NCBI GenBank assembly: GCA_036479435.1 | Contig: JAZGFI010000070.1 | Span: 1 to 23,816 of the forward strand | Length of the DNA stretch: 23,816 nucleotides | Origin: Planctomycetota bacterium | GTDB taxonomy: Bacteria; Planctomycetota; GCA-002687715; DRQF01 | Direction: 5' to 3' | In this document: piece after piece, positions 7,999-18,800 of the stretch | Numbering within the stretch: position 1 is the stretch's first letter | Layout of the letters: each line of letters begins with the position of its first letter | Program-made: the position numbers and the translations under genes | The notes under the pieces: generated by a model | Database searches by the model: none | What the model was told of the DNA's origin: nothing | Seen by the model: only the letters and a program-made list of their open reading frames with translations

Positions 7999-9303
7999 AT
8001 GTACGAGCCCCTCACCAAGCACCAAGTTCATCTCGGATTCGACTCCCGCCGCATGGAGGCCGTTGCGTCTGACAGCGTGCATTTAGTGGTCACATCGCCG
8101 CCCTATTGGCAATTGAAAGACTACGAACACGATCGCCAGATAGGTTTCCACGACCGCTACGAGGACTACATCAACGACTTGAATCTGGTCTGGTCGGAGT
8201 GCGCCCGTGTCTTGCATCCAGGCTGTCGGGTGGCGATCAACATCGGCGATCAGTTTGCACGCGCGAGTCACTACGGCCGCTACAAAGTCATTCCCATCCG
8301 TACCGAGATCGTCCGCTTTTTCGAGACGATGGGACTCGACCACATGGGCGCGATCATCTGGCGCAAAGTGACGACTTGCAACAGTTCCGGCGGCGGCGCG
8401 GTCATGGGTTCTTTTCCGAACCCGCGCAACGGGGTCCTAAAGCTCGACTACGAATTCATCTTGCTGTTCAAAAAGCCCGGCAAGCCACCGCTGGTGACCG
8501 CGGAACAAAAAAAAGCCGCGGCCATGACCACCGACGAGTGGAATCGCTACTTCGCAGGCCACTGGGATTTTCCCGGCGACAAGCAGCGCGGCCACGTAGC
8601 CGCGTTTCCGATGGAATTGCCACGTCGGCTCATTCGCATGTTCACATTTCCGGAGGAGACGGTCTTAGATCCTTTTTTGGGTTCTGCCACCACGATGAGT
8701 GCCGCGGCTGAACTCGGCCGTTCTTCGATTGGGTACGAGCTCAACGCCAACTTTGAATCCCACATGGCGCAGAGACTTGGGCTCGACACCCTGACCCCGA
8801 TTGCGAGCCCTGAGTTTCAGCGTGCGGGCGAAGATGCCGGGGTTTCAGACGCGGCCCTTGAGGAGCTGCGTGAAGGCTTGCCTTACCGCTTCGTCGACCC
8901 TGTGCCCGTCGAGCGTAAGGTTTTACGCGAGCGGCACGGCAGCGTCTTTGCGCGCGGCGACAAGAAACGCAACGCCGACTATCGCAAGCTGAGCAAGGTG
9001 GAGGCCGGGGCGATTGAACTCGACTGCGGACGCCGGGTTCGCATGCTGGGCGTCGATGTCGATCCGGGCAAGACGGAGGCCGCGGCGGGTTTTTTGCAGG
9101 AACAAATCGGTGGCCGCAAGGTCATCTTGCACGGCCTTCGCGAAGCTCAAGACGGTTGGGCCGCCTACGTCCTGTTGCCCAATCGCAAAAACCTCAACGC
9201 CCACCTCATCCGACGCGGGTTGGCTCGCCCCCGCCAAGAAGAACACCCGCAATCCAAGCGATTTGAGCGCTACGCCACCGAGGCTGAAGACTCTGGCGAG
9301 TAG
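7999..9303 (+). CDS. Beta-class amino (N4-C/N6-A) DNA methyltransferase with a C-terminal SNase-like domain
   Basis: Motif IV (VTSPPY) precedes motif I (VLDPFLGSATT); also HVAAFPMELPRRLI and GYELN. The tail (from about 8977) has RVRMLGVD…AYV…NLNAHLIRRGLAR, as in thermonuclease folds. Confidence 0.9.
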   Translation: MYEPLTKHQVHLGFDSRRMEAVASDSVHLVVTSPPYWQLKDYEHDRQIGFHDRYEDYINDLNLVWSECARVLHPGCRVAINIGDQFARASHYGRYKVIPIRTEIVRFFETMGLDHMGAIIWRKVTTCNSSGGGAVMGSFPNPRNGVLKLDYEFILLFKKPGKPPLVTAEQKKAAAMTTDEWNRYFAGHWDFPGDKQRGHVAAFPMELPRRLIRMFTFPEETVLDPFLGSATTMSAAAELGRSSIGYELNANFESHMAQRLGLDTLTPIASPEFQRAGEDAGVSDAALEELREGLPYRFVDPVPVERKVLRERHGSVFARGDKKRNADYRKLSKVEAGAIELDCGRRVRMLGVDVDPGKTEAAAGFLQEQIGGRKVILHGLREAQDGWAAYVLLPNRKNLNAHLIRRGLARPRQEEHPQSKRFERYATEAEDSGE

Positions 9304-9881
9304 CTAAGCGGCAAAGTCGGTCCAAGAAACTCGGCCAGATAGTGCGGGCAAAGTGTCGCGCCGGGGTCCACGAGTCGATGTTTTTTTGATCTTGATCACT
9401 CGAGCCGAAGGGTGGCGCTGACCGTTCGAATATCCGTCGTTGGGTCCGGTCGAGTTATCTTGGCCGGCTGATGATTCTCGGACGAGACTCTCGGCTTGCT
9501 CTCCCACCACGGCCGTGATGCGCCTTTTGAGCCCCTTGGGACCTCAGCTCCGAGCGCGTGCGCTGCACGAATACGGCAAGCCGCAGATCAGCACTTGCCC
9601 GATATCGTCGAATTTATCGACAGCGGGTTCTCGCTCGGGAACGCTGCAAACTCTTGATGACGATGAAGAACGGTAAGTCTGGAGCCTCGTGGGACTTTAT
9701 GCACGCCCATTGGGTGCTGGTTGTCTCAAGCTTGGGCACCTTTTCTTCCGACCAAAGCCCTCGAAGGAGATGGTCAGGTCCAGTGGTCGGGTTTCAGGCT
9801 CTTCCGCGTCTCGGATCTCCATCCGTGATTATCAAAAGCTGCGAGATGACTCGTGGTGGAATCGTTAGGAAGGGCTTCCTC

Positions 9882-12800
9882 ATGGAAACAGTGGTCGGTT
9901 TCGAGACGACTCGAACAGGCGGGGTTCGATCGCGAACGTCGCGCATTCTGCGCGTCACGGCGTGGTTGGCATTGATGGTATTGACGGTAGGCATGGTGGC
10001 TTGCAGCGGCGGCGGGGGCTCTGGCTCCGCATCTCCGCTATCGGCGCCTCTTGGTGCGACGGTCACCGATTCGCTCGGGCGCGCTCCCGACAACGTGATC
10101 AACTCTGAAACGGTCAGCGCCGTTGAAGTTGAGATTGAGTTGGGGCCGGATTCCTTGGCGACTGACGAGGTCACCGTCACCTTGAGCGACGGCCAAGAGT
10201 CGGCGTCTTCAGGGCAAATCGCGGGTCAGGGCGCTCAAGCCGCCACGGCTTCTGCGACCGTCCCCGGCACTGATGGTGCTGGCTTCGTTACGGTTGGACC
10301 CATCGATGCCTCCGGGCTCATGGACGGTCCACTCTCCATGACCGTCACGATTTCACGCAACGGACAGGAGCTCTCGACAACTTTCGAAAACGCCCTGATT
10401 CTTGACGCGTCACCGCCCGTCCCCGCGACTGCATTCGACGTTCCGGCCACAGAGTCGAGCCCTGCGGGTGTCGCGAATGCGTCCTCTTCGGCGGCTTTTG
10501 CGGCCGACGTGAGTTTTCCGGCCGCTGCCGCCGCTGCTGACCTGTGTACCCTCTTCTTCAGCGATGGCCAACAGGTCGTCGAGTCCTTGACGGAAAACGT
10601 CGTCCCAGGCGGTTCGGTGACCTTCACGGGAATCAACCTGCAAGGCCTCAGTGACGGATCGCTGCAGGTTACCGTTCGGGTTCAGGATGTCGCGGAGAAC
10701 AACTCCGATATCATGGCGACAGTGTCGAAAGACAGCTCTGTCCCACAGGTGGTGAGTGCTCGCGTTCTCGCTGGCGACTCGAACGCCGCGGACGCTATCA
10801 ACGGCCACAACGAACTCGGTTTCAAAGTCGAAGTCACTCTGGCCGACGGCGCCGCTGGCGACCGCGTCGCCCTCGTGCTGCGCGACTCGGCGATGACAAC
10901 TTTCGAAGTGGCAGCCGTTGATGCCCCCTTGGGTGGCGGCAGCTTCCTAATCGACGCCTCGTCATTCAACTTGATCGACGGTCAAATTGACCTCGACGTC
11001 GTGGTGACCGACTCGAATGGGAACTCGCAAACCACTGCAGGAATCCCCGTGACGAAAGACATGACACTGTCCGGCATTGTCATTGCCAGATTTCGCTCCT
11101 TCGAAAGCGAGTTCGAGCGCAGTGTCATCGCTGCCGCCGTATCTGCGTCGGTCTACTTTACGATCGATTTCGATCAGAACCTGAGTGGACTGAACGAGAC
11201 GGTTGACATTCATGTCACCAGCGAGTCGGGCCAGTTTTTGACCTTCGGACCGTTCGCCTTGGCATTCGGGCAGGCCCAATCGACTCATGGTCCTTTCGAT
11301 CTCTCCAGCCTGACGGCCGGCGAGTTGATCCTTGGTATTCGTCTCAAGGATGACCATGGCAACCAACTTAGTCTTCGAGGTCAAAGTGCGCGACTTGATT
11401 TGGATGCGCACCCGGGGCACAACACGGCGACGGCGCTTCCCACCGCGGGCAACCTCATCAACCAGATCTCCGCGGCCAGTTCGACGGCGGTTACTATGCG
11501 CGTCGACGCGATGACTTACCAAGGCGATGACGTTCGTGCTCGTGCATTCTTGAGCGACGGTGTCTCTGAAGTGTTGAGCAGCTCCTTGATCATGCCGCGA
11601 TCCGGAGGTCAAGTCGACTTTATTGGAATCGACGCCTCGATGCTCTCTGATGGGCCCATTTCGATCCAGATTCGCTACGTCGATGCCTTTGGAAACCGTG
11701 ACGACTACCCTGGTTCTCAGACTTACAAGGATACGCAGATCTCGCTTCCGACCGCGGCTTTCGTCGCGGCGACCAACAGCAATGACCAAGGCGTCATCAA
11801 CGGAACAAGCGTTAGCTCAGTTCGAATTGACGTTTCATTGCCCGCCGAAACTCGGAGCGGTGACCGCTACGCCTTGTCCATAGGTGACGGCAGTAGCTCG
11901 GTCGACTTCGGTTCGCTACCGGCCTCGGGAGGCGCCCAGACTCTTTCCTTCAGCGGATTGAACCTCACGCCTCTTGGGGACGGAGAGATCTCCATCACCT
12001 TGAGCTGCAGCGATAAGTTTAGCAACCAAGGTAGTTTCGTCGGCGCTCCGGCCATGAAAGACTCGAGCGCGCCTTTGGATTTCCTCAGCCTCAACGTGGA
12101 GGCCGGCGATAACAACCGCTACGATGAGATCAATGGCTCGAACCTCGTGAGTCAGAGCATCATCATCAAGTTTGATGCTGCGACAGCGCCGAATGATCTT
12201 TACGACCTCATCTTCAGTGACGGGAATCAAAAGCGTACGGCCGAGGGCCTTACTGTCGTTGGGCCAGGCACTCACTCCGTCAAGGTCAATTTGGACCTTT
12301 CGCAGCTCGTGGACGGCCCGATCCAAATCGGCTACCGCATCTACGACACGGTCGGCAACGAAACGACTGGTAGGGGCTCTGTGGCCACCAAGACGACGGT
12401 GACGACAATTCCCACCTCGGCAATTGTTGCGGCATCTGGCAATAACGCTCAGGACATCATCAACAGCGCATCACAGGCAACGACTTCGGTCGAAGTGGTC
12501 ATGCCCGCGGGAACGCTGGCTGACGATGAAGTCACTGTGCGATTGCGCGGTGGCGGCAGATCAGTGGACTCGACGCCGCAGATGGCAGTTGCCGGCGGCG
12601 GATTGATGACCTTCGCTTTCGATGCGAGCTCGCTCGATGAGGGCGTCGTTCAGGTTACAGCTAAGGTCTCCAACCCGCGGGGTACTGGATCTAATTTTCG
12701 GGGCACACCAGCCTTCAAGGATTCGATCGCTCCCGCCGTGGTGCCTTCAATTGCCTTCGACCTTGGCCACGACGGTTTCATCAACGCTGCGGAAGCTCCT

Positions 12801-15800
12801 TCCTTCGGGTTCAGCGGCAGCTTTGCTGGCAACTCCGATGGCTCGGAAATGGTCACTTTGACCATCAACGATGGCGCGACCGACCTGGTTATTGGGCCTG
12901 CGGCCCTGGCCGCAGGTGCGAACTTGTCCATCAGCTACGCTGGTACTTCTTTTGCCAGTCTCGCCGACGCTTCGTTGACTTACAGTCTCGATGTCGCGGA
13001 CCCCGCTGGTAACGTCACCTCAGCGAGCGGAGCTTTCGCCACGCTCGACACCGCGGCTCCCGGATCTCCGGCCTCGATCGAGGTTACGGCGGGCGCGGGC
13101 AACGGACTCAATGTCATCAACATCTCGAGTGTTGGCACGACTTCGATCGTCTTTGCCACCAATCCTGGCGAAGAAGCCAGCGCGACTGCGGATGTCTCCT
13201 TGGTCGGCACGCAGACGCTTGCCTTCAACGACATCGCCTTGACCAATATCGGTGGCAACGAGCCCACGATTGTTTTGGACAGCTCGGGACAGGCCGACGG
13301 ACAGTTGACTTTGTCCATTAGCCTGAAAGATCCGGCGGGCAACGCCGGTTCTCCAGTCACGGTCATGGTCGACAAAGACACCGTTGCTCCGACGGCAGTG
13401 TTGGCCGTCTCGGTTCCGGTCGGCGGTTCTAACCCGGTCGACTTTGTGAACGACGCCACTAAGGGCGCCGCCATGATCGACGTCGCGTTTGGGCCCGACA
13501 GTGTGATCACTGACAATGTGATCCTGACGATTAGTGACAGCATCAATCAGACGGCGACGCCCTCGCAGGCGGCACCCAACGGTTCGGTCCTGGTGGGCTT
13601 TGGTCCCTTCGACTTGACGACCTTCAATGATGGTGCTTTGACCCTCTCGATCGAATTGACGGACGTCTTTGGCAACGTCAGCACATCGATGGACGTCGAC
13701 ACCGTCAAAGACACGATCGCTCCCGACCAGCCCACAACCCTCGACATCTTGTCGTCGGCCGACAACAACGCTGGATTTGTCACGCTAGCGACTCAGAACT
13801 CGGTAGAGGCCATCGCGATCTTCCCGAATACGATGACCGGCAACGAAACCGCGACTCTGACCATTGGGTCTGTCAATGGTCTGCCGCAAAACGTCGCGCA
13901 AAACGGCGGTCCGCTGACCTTCCCGGGTCTTGGCCTGAGCGCTGAACTTGACGGAGTCTTGGCTCTTTCGGTGCTCATCACCGAACCTTCTGGCAACACG
14001 GCGGTTTTCGTCGGCGTCTTGCCGACGAAGGACACGGTGCTGCCCGAGTTGCCGACCATGGCTTTAGTGCCGATGACCGCAGGTAACCCGGCCGACTTCA
14101 TCAACATCGCGTCGCAGAGCAATGTCCAGGTCGACGTGTCCTGGTCCGGCACTGCCGATGTGACCGATAGCGCCAACGTGGTGCTGAGTGACGGCGTGAA
14201 CGGTAGTTCTTCACCAAGCTTGAATCCGGTTCAGGGCGCCACTACTAATCACTTCGTGAACTCGAGTGCGCTCAACGACGGGCTTTTGACCATGACGGTC
14301 GAGATCGTGGATGCCGCGGGCAATCGCGACACCTTCACGAGCGGCATGCCGCCCACGCGGGATACGGCAACCCCGGAGATCCCGACTGCGGCGACTTTGG
14401 TGGAGACGAGCTTCAACTTTGAGGGCTTCATCTCTAACTCGTCGCAGAACATGGTGGCGGTGGAAGTCAACTGGCCCGCTGCGACCGTGGGCACCGAGTC
14501 CGCGATCATCGAACTCGGCGACGGGACCCTTGCGGTACAGTCGAGCAGCCTTAGCGCGCCGGTGGGTGGTGGTCTCCAGACCTACACCGTCAATGCGACG
14601 ACGCTCGCCGAGGGTGTGATCACCGTGCGCGTCGACGTGACGAGTGCTGGCGGTAACCCCGCCAGCTTCAACGCGGCCAACGCAGAAAAGGACGTTACCG
14701 CGCCCTTCACTCCGAGTAATGCACAGATCATCACGAGCGGCAGCAATCCCGCCGGCGTGATCAACAGCAGTACTCAGAACGCGGTTCAGGTCGAAGTGAC
14801 CTGGCCGGTAACGGCTGCGGTCTCGGATCAGGCTACGGTCAAGATCACGGTCGGCGCTACTGAAGTCATCTCAGCGATGCTTCCAGCGAACCCCGGCAAC
14901 GTTGTGACCTACTCGATCGATGCTTCGTCTTTGGCGGAGGGTGCGATCACCATGACGGTGGACGTGCTCGACCAAGCCAGAAACGACAACGTCTTCGTTT
15001 CCCTCCAAGGTGACAAAGACACCGTTTCTCCGGCCAACCCGAACTCTGCGAGCGTGATTGTCAGCGGCAGCAACAATGCCGACGAGATCAACTTCGCAAC
15101 CGCGAACGCGGTGCAGGTTTCGGTTGATTGGACCGCGTCCGCTGAGGTCGCTGACGACGCGATCGTTACTCTCTTTGGTGGCGCAAGCCAGGCCGCCAGT
15201 AGCTCGCAGAATTCCACTCCGGGCGCACTGCAGAACTACAACTTGGTGACGGCGGCTTTGCCCGACGGCGCGATCACGATGATCGTTGAGATCACCGACC
15301 CCAACGGAAACGTCAATACTTTCCCGGGGACGATGGCGACTAAGGACACGGTTGCTCCGGAGCTGCCCACGGCATCTTCGATCATCGACAGTGGCCCGAA
15401 CCCCGTTAATATCATCAATGGTAGCAACGTTGGCGCGGTCGAGATCGATGCGATCTGGTCGCCCACGGCCGATGCGACTGATGACGTTGTGCTCACGATT
15501 AGTGATGGCACCAACAGTCAGGCCAGCGCAATGACGAACCCGACTCCGGGTGCGGCGCAGCGCTTCACGCTCGATGCGAGTGGCCTCAACGACGGTGCCG
15601 TTTCGATTTCGCTGGACGCAACGGATGCCTTTGGCAACGTGGCGACCCATACCGGAACCGCGGCGACGAAGGATCTCACTGATCCCTTGGTGCCGACGGC
15701 GGCGGTGGTGATGGCCGGAGGCAATAACGCGCAGGGCATCATCAATACCTTCAACGAAGGTGCGGTTCAGATCGAGGTCACTTGGCCTGCCGGATCTGAT

Positions 15801-18800
15801 GCGACCGACTCTGCGACGGTCATGATCGACGATGGAGCGGGGGGTACTTTCACCTCCAGCTCAAGCGTCGTGAATCCGGGGGGAACGACGACTTATAGTG
15901 TCGATGCTTCAGGTCTCGCCGATGGCGGGGTCACCGTGGTGGTAGACGTCGTGGACGTCGCCCTGAACACCGACCAGTCGATTCACCTTGGTGCGACCAA
16001 GGATGCAACTGCGCCGTCGACCCCGACGGCCGCAAGTATCCTGCTGGGTGGCAGCAACGATGCCAATGTCATCAATGCAGCCAGTGCCGGAGCGGTTTCC
16101 GTTGACGTCACTTGGCCCGCGGGTGTGGACACTTCGGACACCGCAGTCGTGGTTCTAATCTCGGGCGGCATGGAGGCGATGTCCGCTTCCGCTAACCAGA
16201 TCGACAGTGCGACGGCCAACTTCACGATCGACGCCTCGGGTCTTCCCGATGGCCCGGTCAGTGTCGAAGTTCGCTCGACGGATGCCGCTGGTAACAGCAG
16301 CACGGGTAGCGGCATTGCCGGCGTCAAAGACGTCGCCGCGCCGGACCTGCCGACGAGTTTCGGAGTTGACGCTGGCGCTGGCAACGATGCCAATGTCATC
16401 AACGTCTCTAACGAAGCTACGGTTTCGGTGACGGTGAACTGGGGGGCGACCTCCAGTGCTAACGACACCGCGATTGTGACCCTTACGACGGCTGGTACTT
16501 CGCTGCCATCGGCGTCGATGGCGGCCAGCCCGAGTGGCACGACGGTTTACACCTTCGATACTTCGACCCTTTTGCAGGGTGCCGTGGTGGTCAGTATTGC
16601 CGTCGAGGATGAAAACCGTAACCCGGCCTCGGGTAACGGCACCGCAGCGGCGAAGGACACGGTTCTTCCGACCAATGCAACTGCCGGGGCAGTGATCATG
16701 ACGGGCGACAACGCCGTCAACATTATCAACTCCGCCAGTTCGTCCATGGTCATGATCAGCGTCGATTGGCCCGCTGGCGCCGATGCTCTGGACAACGGTC
16801 GTGTTGTTCTTGGTGACGGCTCAACGACCGTGCCAAGCCCGATGCAAAGTGTCAACCCCGGCAACACCGTGACCTATCCGATGGATGCCTCTTCGCTCGG
16901 CGATGGCAACATTACGGTGTCGGTTGTCGTCGAAGACGCCAACCGCAACGAAGATACCTTCGCCGGAACGATGGCATCGAAGGACACTTCGGCTCCCGTC
17001 GGACCGACGGCGGCTTTGATTCCGATGACCGGCAACAACCCGGTTTCGGTGGTCAACTCCGCTAACGAAGGTGCCGTGGGCGTGGACGTGACTTGGGACG
17101 GCAATGCCGATGCCGCCGATACCGTGATCGTCCGTCTTTCCGACGGTACGCTCATGGCCGACAGCGCTTCGACCAACCCAACTCCGAGTGCGATGCAAGG
17201 CTTCATGGCCAATGCCTCGGCTTTGGCCGAAGGCTCGATCTCGGTGCAAGTCGTCGTCACGGACGCGGCGGGCAACGAAACGACCATTGTGGGGACGACG
17301 GCTCTCAAAGATACAGCCAGCCCGACCACTCCGATGACGGCTTCGGTGTCGGCCAGCAGCAACAACGCCGCTGACTTCATCTCCGACGCTTCAAAGGCAA
17401 TGGTTGATGTTCAAGTGATGTGGACCGCGATGGCGGACGCGACGGATACCGCTAAGGTCACCTTGACCGACAGCGGTGCCGGAAGCGCTTCCAGTGCCAC
17501 TGCGAACCCGACGCCCGGAATGGTGCAGACCTTTGCGGTCGATGCCTCATTGCTGGCGGCTGGTGCCATCACCTTGACGGTTGAAATCGACGATGTGAAC
17601 CAAAACTCGGCGGTGTTCATCGGAACAGCTGCGACCCTGGATATCACGGCGCCGACCGATCCGACCAGCGCGCAAGTTGTCGCTGGCGGCAGCAACCCTG
17701 CTGACTTCATCAACAACCAAAACGAAGCCATGGTCATGGTCGACGTCATCTGGCCGGGTGGTTCAGACGACACGGCAATGGCCAAGGTCATCATCTCGGA
17801 CGGCAGCGCGCAGGCGATGTCGGCGGACATGGCGATCTCTTCGAGCTCGACCGTGACCTATGCGGTGGACACCAGCGCCTTGGCCGATGGCCCGGTGACG
17901 GTTTCCGTCGAGTCCAAGGACCCGGCGCTCAACGCGGCGACTTTCGCGGGTACGCCGGCCAGTAAGAACTCGACGCCTCCGGAAGCGCCTTCGCTCTTCC
18001 AGGTGGCAGCGGGTGTCGACAACGCTCCGAACCAGATCAACGTGCTGACCGAAGGCGCGGTTAACTTCGCGGTTAACTACGCTTTAAGCTCGGAATCGTC
18101 GGATCAAGTCACGATGACCATGTCGGACGGCAGCAATGTCTTCGTCATTGGGCCGCTGGCGGCACGCCAGGGCTCGGGCATCGAGGTCTACTCGGCCAAC
18201 GATCTGTCCGCTCTTCTCGACGGTGACATCACTCTCAGCATTGAGATTGAAGACACCGCCGGCAACGTGCTGACTTCCAATGGAACGGCGGCCTTCAAGG
18301 ACACCGCAACCGGTAACGCTACGGCAGCCGCCGTCGCATCCGGTGCGGGCAACAGCGCTGACTTCCTCAACGCCTCTAACTTCGCCAGCGCGACGGTCAG
18401 CGTCACGATGGACGGAGACAGCGGTGGCGAAGACGTCTTTGTGACCCTGGGTGACGGCTCGGCGACGGTTCAGTCCGCCACCATGGTCGCGGCCAGCGGC
18501 GGCGGGGTGTTGACCTTTGCGGGTATCGACACCACGAGCCTGAGCGACACGGCGATCTCGATCACCGTGACGACTACGGACAGTCAGTCCAACATGCAGA
18601 CCTTCGTCGGCACGCCAGCCGCGAAGGACATCACCGCTCCCGTGGCGCCGACGGCGGCGTCGGTCATCGATAGCGGCTCCAACGATCCGAACCAAATCAA
18701 CCTCTCTAACGAGAGCGCGGTTTCGGTGGAAGTGACTTGGCCGGTTGTGATCGACGACACGGACACCTTCCAGGTGACCCTCAACGATGGGTCAGGGTCG

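Noticed and set aside
7996..8001. rsmE TGA directly followed in frame by the MTase ATG (possible read-through fusion)
   Set aside because: Both proteins look complete on their own; no SECIS-like hairpin or redox motif is evident at this TGA.
8507..8514. A8 tract in the DNA methyltransferase gene as a phasevarion switch
   Set aside because: Short, explained by Gln-Lys-Lys codons, and the frame is intact.
9304..9360. Two GGCAAAGT motifs as a possible c-di-GMP-I riboswitch
   Set aside because: The GNRA-capped P2 and the P3 receptor pattern are absent.
9558..9881. 108-aa N-terminal extension of the adhesin in the ORF track
   Set aside because: No SD and low-plausibility sequence; it would bury the lipoprotein signal. 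ATG 9882 has a good SD.
16054..16402. Short DNA identity (GCAACGATGCCAATGTCATCAA) between adjacent adhesin repeats, considered as a CRISPR-like repeat
   Set aside because: Only two copies, one protein repeat apart, inside a CDS; explained by domain duplication. No CRISPR array, tRNA or rRNA was seen in the window.
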